Of a stretch of 64,000 nt of DNA, positions 54,908-63,531 are shown in pieces. The stretch is from contig CAWDUU010000003.1 of assembly GCA_963805545.1 (NCBI GenBank), positions 386,545-450,544 on the forward strand. Reading direction: 5' to 3'. The translations under genes were made by a program, and so were the position numbers. This DNA is from an uncultured Actinomycetes bacterium. Its GTDB lineage: Bacteria; Actinomycetota; Thermoleophilia; Gaiellales; JAICJC01. Under the pieces are notes generated by a model, which saw nothing but the letters and a program-made list of their open reading frames with translations, did not search any database and was not told the DNA's origin. Positions within the stretch are counted from its first letter, which is position 1. Each line of letters begins with the position of its first letter.

Positions 54908-55739
54908 TCGGCGAGGAACTCCGGGAGCGACCGGGGCGTTTGCCCGAGCAGCGCACCCAGGGCCGGCGTCACCTCGCGGTCCGCCCCGGCATACGCCGCC
55001 GCGATGTGCGCGAGGTCGAACGCGCGCCAGGCCGGAAGCCCAGCTGCCAGGAGCCGCGCCTCGTACGCGCCCGGCTCGACGGCCTCGTACTTCACGCGCG
55101 GCCGGCGACGGCGGCGATCGCCGCCGCGACATCGGCATAGGCCGTGTCCTCCGGCCCGGTGAGGCGGTGCGTCGCACCGGCGTGGGCAGCAGGATCCGCC
55201 AGCACGACGGCCGCCGCCGCGCCGACGTCACGGGTGTCGACGAGCGGGTAGCGGCCCGAGCCCATCGGCGCGGCCAGCACGCCGTCGCGGCGAACGGCGT
55301 CGGCAGCCCGAAGCAGGTTCTGCATGTAGAGGTGAGGCTTCAGGAGCGTGAAGCTGGCTCCGCTCTCCCGCACGAGCTCCTCGACCTCCTCGTGCTCTCG
55401 CATGAGGGCGATCGGCGAGGCCGCCGACGCGCCGATCGCCGAGAGCTTGACGACGTGCGACACGCCGGCCCGGCGGGCGTGCGCGAGCACCCGGCGGTGC
55501 TGCGAGACGGCGCCGGGGCCGTCCCGGCCGGCGAGCAGCATCGTTTCGACTCCGTCCACCGCGCGGGCGAGCGACGCGTCGTCCTCGAAGCTCCCCTGCA
55601 CGATCTCAACCCCGGGAAGGCGTGCACGCGACGCGTCTCGCACCAGCGCCCGAACCTGCAATCCCGCGGCGACCAGGTCCCGGGCCGCCTGCCCTCCGAC
55701 CTGGCCCGTCGCCCCGGTGACGAGGACCGCCGCTACGCC
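54874..55739 (-). pseudogene. NmrA/SDR-like NAD(P)-binding protein that appears disrupted, with no start codon before the Rossmann motif and a -1 frame break
   Basis: The open frame from 55739 encodes VLVTGATGQVGG with no ATG/GTG/TTG between the upstream TGA and the TTG at 55661. The body (55092..55661) and the C-terminal piece (54874..55095, VKYEAVEPGAYEARLL) lie in different frames joined at a GTGA. Confidence 0.45.
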
Positions 55740-56029
55740 TCAGCAGCCTTCTTGGGCTCGCTGCTTCCGCCCTCGGAGCTCTTCTTCTCGGACTTCTCGG
55801 ACGACTTGCCGTCGCTCGAGCCGTCGGACTTGCCCTCCGAGCCGGCCTTCTTCCGCCTGCCGTAGTCGGTCGAGTAAAACCCCGAGCCCTTGAAGTGGAT
55901 GGCGACCGGGTGCAGCACGCGGGATGCGGGCGCGCCGCACACCTCGCACTCGGTCAGGGCCTCGTCGGAGAACTTCTGGAGCACCTCGAACCGGTGGTCG
56001 TTCTGGCATCGGTACTCGTAGATCGGCAT
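55733..56029 (-). CDS. FmdB-family putative regulatory zinc-ribbon protein
   Basis: MPIYEYRCQNDHRFEVLQKFSDEALTECEVCGA...GSGFY is the classical CxxC_CxxC_SSSS signature. The tail is Ser/Lys/Glu-rich. Confidence 0.8.
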   Translation of the reverse strand: MPIYEYRCQNDHRFEVLQKFSDEALTECEVCGAPASRVLHPVAIHFKGSGFYSTDYGRRKKAGSEGKSDGSSDGKSSEKSEKKSSEGGSSEPKKAAEA

Positions 56030-56110
56030 CCAAGTCCAGTATACCGACGGCACCCTGGCGCACTGGGGCCGAGAGTGCCAGTGAGAGGCCCTGGGTTACG
56101 ATCACTCGCC

Positions 56111-57310
56111 GTGCGGATCGCCATCGTCACCGACTTCTACTACCCGTCGCTGGGCGGCATCACCGAGCACGTCGACGGCCAGGCGCGCGGGCTCCAGGCG
56201 CTCGGGCACGAGGTGACGGTGGTGACCGGGCGGATCCTGCGCACGCCGCCGGTGGAGGACGACGCGATGCCCGTCCCGGAGCCGACGTTCGAGATCGCGC
56301 GGCTGGGATCGGCGGTGCCGCTCTACGTGCCGCGATGGGGCAACAACGCCCAGACGCTGCACACGCTCGGCCCATGGCTCGGGCGGAAGCTCCGCGACTT
56401 CTTCCGCGACCGCGGCTTCGACGTCATCCACGTGCACGCCCCGTACAACCCGCCGTTTCCGGCCTGGGCGATCGCCAACGCCCCCGACGACGCGGTGGTC
56501 GTCGCCACATTTCACAGCGTGTTCCCGCAGACCCTGGGCATGGACATCCTGGCCGAGTGGACGCGGCCGTGGATCGAGCGGCTCGACGGGCGGATCTGCG
56601 TGTCGGAGGCCTGCATCGGCTCGCTCGTGCCCTACTACCCCTACGCATACGACGTGATCCCGAACGGCATCGACGCCGACCACTTCTCGCCGGGCGCCGA
56701 GCCGGCGCCCGGCCTCGGGAGCGAGGCCGGGACGATCGTCTTCGTCGGCCGGTTCGATCCTCGAAACGGGCTCGGCACGATGATCGAGGCCCACCGCATC
56801 CTCCAGGAGGCGCGAGGAGACGTGCGCCTCGTCGTGGTCGGCGACGGGCCGCTTCGGCCCAGGTACGAGCACCAGCTCACCGACGCGCAGCGCCCGCACG
56901 TCCACTTCGCGGGCCGCCTCAACCGCAGCCGCCCGAACCACCTCGTCGCCGGCGACGTCTTCTGCACGCCCTGCAACCGGGCGTCGTTCGGGATGGTGCT
57001 GCTCGAGGCGATGAGCTGCGGCGTGCCGGTCGTCGCCAGCCGCATCTCGGGGTTCCAGCTCCTGATGCAGGACGGCGTCCAGGGCCACCTCGTGCACCCG
57101 GCCGACGACGCGGAGCGCTTCGCGGCCGCCGTCGGACGGCTCCTCGACGACCCCGCTGAGCGCCGCCGGATGGGCGAGGCGGGCCGCCGCACCGCCCTCG
57201 ATCAGTACGCCTGGCCGCGGGTGGCCGCCAAGCTCGAGACCTACTACGACGACCTGCTCGCCGGAGTCAGACCTGCATGGGCAAGCGCGACGTCCTCGTT
57301 CGCTTCGTGA
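56111..57310 (+). CDS. GT4 (GT-B fold) glycosyltransferase
   Basis: The GTG gives VRIAIVTDFYYPSLGGITEHV. The motifs FVGRFDPRNG and GMVLLEAMSCGVPVVAS (EX7E region) are PimA/MshA-like. Its 3' end overlaps the next gene by 34 nt. Confidence 0.88.
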   Translation: MRIAIVTDFYYPSLGGITEHVDGQARGLQALGHEVTVVTGRILRTPPVEDDAMPVPEPTFEIARLGSAVPLYVPRWGNNAQTLHTLGPWLGRKLRDFFRDRGFDVIHVHAPYNPPFPAWAIANAPDDAVVVATFHSVFPQTLGMDILAEWTRPWIERLDGRICVSEACIGSLVPYYPYAYDVIPNGIDADHFSPGAEPAPGLGSEAGTIVFVGRFDPRNGLGTMIEAHRILQEARGDVRLVVVGDGPLRPRYEHQLTDAQRPHVHFAGRLNRSRPNHLVAGDVFCTPCNRASFGMVLLEAMSCGVPVVASRISGFQLLMQDGVQGHLVHPADDAERFAAAVGRLLDDPAERRRMGEAGRRTALDQYAWPRVAAKLETYYDDLLAGVRPAWASATSSFAS

Positions 57311-59127
57311 TCGCGGCCGCCGTCTGGCTGACGGCGGCGGCGGTGCTCGGGAAGGAGATCGGCGGCCCGCCGGGAGAGGTCGTGGTCGCCGTCGCCGTGC
57401 TCGTCCTCATGGCCGTGGCGTGGGCGACGTTCACGCCGAACGCGCGTCTCTTCGGCAAGGTCGTCGGAGTCGGCTCGACGGCCCGGCCGATGGTCGCGAT
57501 CACCTTCGACGACGGGCCCAGCCCGGAGTGGACGCCCGGCGTGCTCGACGCGCTGCGCGACGCCGGCGCGCGGGCCACGTTCTTCGCGCTCGGCCGCCAG
57601 GTGCGGGCCCATCCCGACATCGCCCGCCGGATCGTCGCCGAGGGCCACGAGCTCGCAAGCCACGGCGACGACCACTCCCTGCTCGTCTTCGCAGGGCCGC
57701 GCGCCATCGTGCACCAGTTCCGGGCTGCCGAGAGCGCCCTCTCCGACGCGGTCGACGGCAACGCGGCGAAGCTCTTCCGCGCGCCGCACGGGTTCAGAAA
57801 CCCGTTCGTCTCGGCGGTCGCCGGCCAGGAGGGCTACCGGATGGTGGGTTGGCACGGGGCGGTGTTCGACACGGCCCGCCCGGGTGTCGAGGCGATCGTC
57901 GCCCGGTGCCGGAACGTGCTGCGGCCGGGCGCCATCCTGCTCCTGCACGACGGCGACGGGTCCGGCCAGGGTGGCGACCGCGGGCAGACCGTCGAGGCGG
58001 TGGCTCACATCGTGGCGTCGGCGCGCGAGCGCGGCCTCGAGCCGGTGACGGTGTCGGAGCTTGCGGACGAGCTTCGGCCACAGCGGCGCACGGCGCTCAA
58101 GGCGGGCGCGTTCGCCGTGGTCGTCGCGGCCCTCGTCCTGCTGGTGTCGCAGCGCTACTCGCTCCAGGTGATCGCCGACGTCTTCACCGAGGCCGACCCG
58201 GTGTTCGTGCTCGCGGCGCTCCTCGCCAACCTCGGATCGGTCGCCGCCAAGGCGCTCACATGGAAGGCGGCGATCGACGCCGTCCCGGCCGACGACAGCG
58301 GCCGCCGCCTCGAGGTGCCCATCCGCGACGTCGTGCCGCCGATCTTCATCGGGTTCCTGCTGAACACCGTCCTGATCGCGAGGCTCGGCGAGGTGGCCCG
58401 GGTGTCGGTGCTGCGGCGAAAGCTCGTGGCCCGTGACCAGCCGGTGCCGGTCACGACGCTTGTCGGCACCCTCGTGACCGAGCAGATCCTGAGCGGGATC
58501 ATGCTGGTGGGCGTGCTGCTCGGCGTCGTCGTGTTCACGCCGGTGCCCCAGCAGGCCGTCCGCCTGCTGGCGGTGCTCTCGGGCGTCGTGCTCTTCGTCG
58601 GGCTGGTGGCGGCCGGGATCGAGGTCGCAGGCCGGATCCAGCGCCGGCGGATGGTCCCGACCGCGCAGTACGTCGAGCGCTGGTGGCACCTGCTCGGCAT
58701 CAGCTTCACCTCGACGATGAGGGCGCTTCAGGAGGGCCAGGCGATCTTCCGCCGCCCGCGCCTCCTGGCCTGGGGCCTCGTCACGGCGACCATCAGCTGG
58801 GTGATGCAGCTCGCCGGCATCTACTGGGCGCTTCGAGCCTACGGGATCGACGAGGGCCTCGGCGCGGCCGGGGTCGTCTTCCTGGCCTCGAACCTGGTGC
58901 AGCTGTTCCCCATCACCCCCGGGAACCTCGGCGTGTTCCAGGGCGCGACCGCCGGCGGCCTGAGCGTTCTCTACCCGGTGTCGAGCGACCTGGCGCTCAC
59001 GTTCTCGATCGGGCTCCAGCTGATCGAGGCGGCCCTGGGCGTCGGCATCGGGTTCATCTTCCTCTCGCTCGAGGGCCTGTCGGTCGCCGAGCTGCGCCGG
59101 CAGGTCGAGGACGAGGCGGACGCGTGA
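57277..59127 (+). CDS. Fusion protein: NodB-type polysaccharide deacetylase plus UPF0104 (MprF-like flippase) membrane domain
   Basis: The N-terminus has 2 TM helices. The NodB motifs are ITFDDGP, SHGDDH, FRAPHGF and ILLLHDGD. About 8 TM helices follow, carrying FLLNTVLIARLGEVARVSVLRRKL and PGNLGVFQGA. Confidence 0.85.
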   Translation: MGKRDVLVRFVIAAAVWLTAAAVLGKEIGGPPGEVVVAVAVLVLMAVAWATFTPNARLFGKVVGVGSTARPMVAITFDDGPSPEWTPGVLDALRDAGARATFFALGRQVRAHPDIARRIVAEGHELASHGDDHSLLVFAGPRAIVHQFRAAESALSDAVDGNAAKLFRAPHGFRNPFVSAVAGQEGYRMVGWHGAVFDTARPGVEAIVARCRNVLRPGAILLLHDGDGSGQGGDRGQTVEAVAHIVASARERGLEPVTVSELADELRPQRRTALKAGAFAVVVAALVLLVSQRYSLQVIADVFTEADPVFVLAALLANLGSVAAKALTWKAAIDAVPADDSGRRLEVPIRDVVPPIFIGFLLNTVLIARLGEVARVSVLRRKLVARDQPVPVTTLVGTLVTEQILSGIMLVGVLLGVVVFTPVPQQAVRLLAVLSGVVLFVGLVAAGIEVAGRIQRRRMVPTAQYVERWWHLLGISFTSTMRALQEGQAIFRRPRLLAWGLVTATISWVMQLAGIYWALRAYGIDEGLGAAGVVFLASNLVQLFPITPGNLGVFQGATAGGLSVLYPVSSDLALTFSIGLQLIEAALGVGIGFIFLSLEGLSVAELRRQVEDEADA

Positions 59128-59678
59128 GGCGAATCGGAATCACGCTCCTCGCCGCCGCCCTCGCGGCGGCCGGCTGCTCCGGCGGCGGATCGGCGTCGTC
59201 GGGCGGCTCGAACACGGCGCCGCCGTCGTCGACGCTCCCCGTCTCCGGCACCGTCACCTACACGGACGGCAAGGTCTACACCGTCGCGCCGCTCGGGTCG
59301 AAGCTCGTGCTCGACGACGTGTCGGTCAAGGTCGACGGGATCGAGTGGTCGAAGGGCCTCGGCGCGCCGCTGCCGCCAGGGACGACGATCTTCGGGGTCG
59401 TGCGGCTCACGATCACGAACGCGTCAGGCGTGGCCCAGACCGTGGCGCCGACGCAGATCTGGCTCCTCGACTCGAAGAACCACGCGTTCCTGGCGGCGCC
59501 GGCGGCGCAGGTCGACCACCCGCTGATCGGGGTGACGATCGCACCCGGGCAGTCGGCCACGGGGACGCTCGCCTTCCCGGCTCCGGGGAGGCAGACCGGA
59601 AACCTGCTCGTCTACCGGTTCGCCGACGCGACCAAGATCGCCCAGGCGAACCACGTCGGGCTCGTCCGCTACGGCTGA
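59124..59678 (+). CDS. Lipoprotein with a DUF4352-like beta-sandwich
   Basis: The GTG makes a GTGA overlap with the upstream stop. The lipobox is LAAAGC followed by SGGGSASSGG. The segment IFGVVRLTITNASG...GQSATGTLAF is DUF4352-like. Confidence 0.65.
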   Translation: MRRIGITLLAAALAAAGCSGGGSASSGGSNTAPPSSTLPVSGTVTYTDGKVYTVAPLGSKLVLDDVSVKVDGIEWSKGLGAPLPPGTTIFGVVRLTITNASGVAQTVAPTQIWLLDSKNHAFLAAPAAQVDHPLIGVTIAPGQSATGTLAFPAPGRQTGNLLVYRFADATKIAQANHVGLVRYG

Positions 59679-59914
59679 GACCAGCGGTCGACCGGCGGCT
59701 TGTACGGGCGCCGGCCGTGCCTGCCGCGCGGCTTCGCGGCCGCGGTGGTGCCGCCGTAGACGTGGCTCTCCCAGAGCCAGCTCGGCCGCTGGGTGCGGTG
59801 CGGCGCGCCGGGGCTCACGATGCGGGCAAGCGACGGCGTGACCACGACGAGCGCGGCCGAGACCACGGCGAGCAGGGCGACCACCGCGAGCGAGCGTGAA
59901 AGCGCACGGCTCAT
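59669..59914 (-). CDS. Small membrane-anchored hypothetical protein (81 aa)
   Basis: It has an ATG start, one TM helix (LAVVALLAVVSAALVVV), a basic C-terminus and high GC3. Confidence 0.4.
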   Translation of the reverse strand: MSRALSRSLAVVALLAVVSAALVVVTPSLARIVSPGAPHRTQRPSWLWESHVYGGTTAAAKPRGRHGRRPYKPPVDRWSQP

Positions 59915-59948
59915 TCACGGTGAATATCGGCTCGGGAGCGCCCGAACT

Positions 59949-61211
59949 TCAGCCGATCTGCGCGGCGAGCAGATCGTCCAGCGTCTCGCGGCGGACGATG
60001 CCGTGGGCGTGACCGTCCGCGACGAGGACGGCCGCGGGCCGGGGTAGGCCGTTGTAGTTCGACGCCATGCTGGCCGAGTAGGCGCCGGTCGCGGCGACCG
60101 CGAGGACGTCGCCCGGCCGCGGAGCCGGGAGCGGCGCGCGCTCGATCAGGACGTCGCCCGACTCGCAGTGCTTGCCGGCGACGGCGTAGATCCCGTCCGG
60201 CTCAGCGTCGGCCCGGTCGGCGATCCAGGCCTGGTAGCGCGCGCCGTAGAGCACGGGGCGCGGGTTGTCCGACATGCCACCGTCGACCGCGACGTAGGTG
60301 ATGCCCGCGGCCGTCCGCTTCACCGCCCCGACCGTGTAGAGCGTGACACCGCACGTGCCGACGACCGAGCGGCCCGGCTCGAGCACCAGCTCGGGACGGG
60401 GGTCGAAGCGCTCGGCCACCGCGGCGGCCGTCGCCGCCACCGCCGCCCGCAGGTCGGGCACGTCCTCGTCATCCGTGTACGGAATGGCGAGGCCGCCGCC
60501 GAGGTCGAGGACGCGCAGCCGCCGCGCCGGCTCGAAGCGCGCCAGCCAGTCCACGGCGTGGAGGTAGGTGTCGAGATCGCGGATCTGCGAGCCGAGGTGC
60601 ACGTGGAGGCCGTCGAGGCGCAGGTGCGGGCAGACGCCGGCGCGCTCCACCGCCTGGGCGATCTCAGCAGGCGCCATCCCGAACTTCGAGGCCGCGTGGG
60701 CGGTCTGGATCTTGGCGTGGGTGTCGGCGGCGATGCCGGGCGTGACGCGGAGCAGGACGGGCTGGACGACGTCCACCTCCGCCGCGATCCGCTCGACCTG
60801 GTCGAGCTCGGCGATGTGGTCGGCCACGACGAGGCCGGCCCCGGCCGCGACGGCGGCGCGCACGTCGGCGTCGGACTTGTTGTTCCCGTGGACGACGATC
60901 CTCTCCGGCGCCGCGCCCGCGGCCAGGGCGTGGGCGAGCTCGCCCTCCGAGGCGACGTCCATCCCCATCCCCTCGTCGAGCAGCACGCGCAGCAGGCCGA
61001 CGGTCGCGTTGGCCTTGCACGCGTAGACCGCCCGCGCGCTCCCCGGGTAGGCGGCCAGCGCCTCGCGGTAGGCCCGCGCCCGGGCGCGCAGGGTGGCCTC
61101 GTCGTAGACGTGCAGCGGCGTCCCGTGCTCGCGTGCCAGCTCCGGCAGCGCGACACCGCCGACGCACAGCCGCCCCGCCTCGACGACGGCCGTGTCCGGG
61201 AGCACTGACAT
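59949..61211 (-). CDS. lysA: Diaminopimelate decarboxylase
   Basis: The PLP Lys motif YACKAN is present, along with GMDVASEGE, HVHLGSQ, DLGGGL, CESGD and EPGRSV. Confidence 0.95.
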   Translation of the reverse strand: MSVLPDTAVVEAGRLCVGGVALPELAREHGTPLHVYDEATLRARARAYREALAAYPGSARAVYACKANATVGLLRVLLDEGMGMDVASEGELAHALAAGAAPERIVVHGNNKSDADVRAAVAAGAGLVVADHIAELDQVERIAAEVDVVQPVLLRVTPGIAADTHAKIQTAHAASKFGMAPAEIAQAVERAGVCPHLRLDGLHVHLGSQIRDLDTYLHAVDWLARFEPARRLRVLDLGGGLAIPYTDDEDVPDLRAAVAATAAAVAERFDPRPELVLEPGRSVVGTCGVTLYTVGAVKRTAAGITYVAVDGGMSDNPRPVLYGARYQAWIADRADAEPDGIYAVAGKHCESGDVLIERAPLPAPRPGDVLAVAATGAYSASMASNYNGLPRPAAVLVADGHAHGIVRRETLDDLLAAQIG

Positions 61212-61239
61212 CCGCGAAAGGCTAGTCGCGGGCCGGACC

Positions 61240-61260
61240 CGGGGTCAGACCCCGCATCGG
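61240..61260. repeat. Left 21 bp inverted repeat / REP-like palindrome
   Basis: CGGGGTCAGACCCCGCATCGG contains the internal palindrome GGGGTC-A-GACCCC. Its exact reverse complement occurs at 61962-61982. Confidence 0.85.
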
Positions 61261-61294
61261 CGGGCGTGACACGGCCGTGGCGAAGGCGTGACGC

Positions 61295-61885
61295 CTACCC
61301 GGCGGCGGCCGCGGACTCGCCGGCCGCGCGGCGCAGCTCAAGGCGCGAGTACACCGAGCTTCGGTAGAGCTGGCGTGCGCGGGCGTGGTCGGCGTCGAAC
61401 CACCGCAGCACCCCCGGCACATCGAGAAATCGCGGCGCCGGCACCGCTCCGACCGTCGCCCGGTAGCTCGACCACGGCCACTGGTCGGGCCCGGCGCACA
61501 TGCCGGACCGGACGGGATTCAGGACGACGTATTGAAGGACTGTGACGAACTGCTCGTCGGTCACAATGTCGACGGAGCGGTACCGGTCTTCAAACAGGTG
61601 GCCGCGGAATCCGTGTCTCTGATTGAAATTCTGCGCGTACAGCCCGTTCAGACGCTTCATCCCCTTGCCGACGTTCGGCTCAGGCGTGACCACCAAGGCG
61701 TGGTAGTGGTTCGTCATCAGGCAGTAGGCCCAGCATCGCCATCCGAACACCCGCACCGTTTCGGCCAGGATGCGCAGGAACATCAACCGGTCCTCGTCGG
61801 TCGTGAAGATCGGCAGCTTGCGAACGCCACGGCTCATCAGGTGATACGTCGCACCGGCCTCCTGGCGTCGCAGCGCTCTCGACAT
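61295..61885 (-). CDS. REP-associated tyrosine transposase (IS200/IS605 Y1 HUH family)
   Basis: The internal ATG gives MSRALRRQEAG. YHLMSRGV, the HUH motif CLMTNHYHALV and the catalytic Tyr region LQYVVLNPVR are present. The upstream 150 aa of the track ORF are junk. Confidence 0.85.
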   Translation of the reverse strand: MSRALRRQEAGATYHLMSRGVRKLPIFTTDEDRLMFLRILAETVRVFGWRCWAYCLMTNHYHALVVTPEPNVGKGMKRLNGLYAQNFNQRHGFRGHLFEDRYRSVDIVTDEQFVTVLQYVVLNPVRSGMCAGPDQWPWSSYRATVGAVPAPRFLDVPGVLRWFDADHARARQLYRSSVYSRLELRRAAGESAAAAG

Positions 61886-61961
61886 GAGCCGACCGTAGCC
61901 AACCGGGCGCCGTGGCGGCGGGGCGGACCGCAACGACTCGGCAACAAGAGCGTGCACCGGT

Positions 61962-61982
61962 CCGATGCGGGGTCTGACCCCG
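61962..61982. repeat. Right 21 bp inverted repeat / REP-like palindrome
   Basis: CCGATGCGGGGTCTGACCCCG is the exact reverse complement of 61240-61260. Confidence 0.85.
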
Positions 61983-62006
61983 TCCCTGCGACTATCCTCA
62001 CCGCCC

Positions 62007-63506
62007 GTGGCCAACCGGATACTCGTGGTCGGATGGGACGGGGCGGACTGGGACATCCTGGACCCGCTGCTCGCCGCGGGCGAGCTCCCGAACCTGCGCG
62101 CGCTCGTCGAGCGCGGGCGGCGCGGCGTGTCGCGGTCGTGCACGCCGTCGCATTCGTGGGCGGCCTGGCCGACCTTCCTGACCGGGCGCGACCCGGCCGG
62201 GCACGGCGTCTTCGACATCCTCGAGCACCAGCCCGGCGCGAGCCGGCGCATGCCCGTCTCGTCGCGGTCGATCCTCGCGCCCACCTGGCCCGAGCGGCTG
62301 TCGGCGGCGGGCAAGCGGGTCGTCATCGCCAACATCCCGCTGACCTACCCGCCCCCGGACGTGAACGGCGTCGCGATCGCCGGCGGCGTCATCCCCGGCG
62401 GCGCCACCTTCAGCCGCCCCGCCGAGATCGGGCCGAGCCTGGGCTGGCCCATCAACGGCGGCTCATGGACGACCTTCCGCGGGCGGCCGGTCGAGCTCGT
62501 CGAGGACGTCGAGCGGATCAGCGCGGCCCGCGCCGAGGCGATGCGCCGGCTCCTGGACTCCGAGGAGTGGGACGCGGCGTGCCTGGTCTTCGTCTCGCCC
62601 GACCGCATCCAGCACTGCCTGCTCGAATATGTCCACCCCGGCCATCCCCGCCACGCCGAGGTCGCCGCCTCGCCGGTCGCCGAGCGCGTGCGCGACGTCT
62701 ACCGCATGCTCGACCGCGAGCTGGGGACGCTGGTCGAGCGGACCGGCGACGGCGACACGGTCGTGCTCATGTCCGACCACGGCCACCAGCCCTGCACCCG
62801 CGCCCTCAACATGAACCGCGTGCTCGAGCACCTCGGCCACCTGCGGCTCGGCCGCGGCTCGGGCCTGGTCGGCCTCCTGGCCTGGGGGCGGCTGCGCTCG
62901 ATCGCCCGCGTCGCCTACGACAAGCTCGGCCTGCACGGCCGGGTCGCCGTTCCGACGCAGCCCGTCGACTGGGCCGGGACGGTGGCCTACACGAGCGTCG
63001 TCTCGACCGGCGAGGGCGTCTCGATCGCGCTCCGCGGACGCGAGCCCGAGGGTCGGGTCGCGCCCGAGGACTACGAGCGCGTGCGCGACGAGGTGGCCGC
63101 GTCGCTCGTCGAGTTCACCGACCCCGAGACCGGCGCCCGCCCGATCAAGGCGGTGCGGCGCAAGGAGGAACTGCTCGACGGCCCCTACCTCGACCGGGCG
63201 CCTGACCTCCTGCTCGAGGCCGCCCCGCTCTACTCGCTGACCCACGCCCGCCGGATGGTCGAGGCGGCGGACTGGCTCTCCGGCGACCACCGGCCCGAGG
63301 GCATCTACGTCGCCGCCGGTCCCGGAGCCGCGGCCGCCGACGGGTCGGAGATCTCGCTGGCCGACTTCGCCGGGATGATCGAGGCCGCCGCCGGCCTCGA
63401 AGGCGAGGACGGCGCCGCCCCCGCCGAGGCGGCGGCCGGCGTCTTCACCGCCGACGAGGAACGCGAGGTCGAGGAGCGATTGCGCGGCCTCGGCTATCTC
63501 GAGTGA
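62007..63506 (+). CDS. Alkaline-phosphatase-superfamily protein (type I phosphodiesterase / NPP-like), paralog of 17502..18800
   Basis: The GTG gives VANRILVVGWDGADWD. Motifs PSHSWAAWPTFLTGRDPAGHGVFD and VLMSDHGH are present. The track start at 61965 lies inside the right REP. Confidence 0.8.
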   Translation: MANRILVVGWDGADWDILDPLLAAGELPNLRALVERGRRGVSRSCTPSHSWAAWPTFLTGRDPAGHGVFDILEHQPGASRRMPVSSRSILAPTWPERLSAAGKRVVIANIPLTYPPPDVNGVAIAGGVIPGGATFSRPAEIGPSLGWPINGGSWTTFRGRPVELVEDVERISAARAEAMRRLLDSEEWDAACLVFVSPDRIQHCLLEYVHPGHPRHAEVAASPVAERVRDVYRMLDRELGTLVERTGDGDTVVLMSDHGHQPCTRALNMNRVLEHLGHLRLGRGSGLVGLLAWGRLRSIARVAYDKLGLHGRVAVPTQPVDWAGTVAYTSVVSTGEGVSIALRGREPEGRVAPEDYERVRDEVAASLVEFTDPETGARPIKAVRRKEELLDGPYLDRAPDLLLEAAPLYSLTHARRMVEAADWLSGDHRPEGIYVAAGPGAAAADGSEISLADFAGMIEAAAGLEGEDGAAPAEAAAGVFTADEEREVEERLRGLGYLE

Positions 63507-63531
63507 CGCCCGCCGAGGCGCGCGAGACACT

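Larger units (their letters stand above)
61240..61982 (-). mobile_element. RAYT/IS200-like unit: HUH Y1 transposase bracketed by inverted REP-like palindromes
   Basis: Perfect 21 bp inverted repeats flank the 196 aa Y1 transposase gene. The unit is inserted in the lysA / phosphodiesterase intergenic region. Confidence 0.6.
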
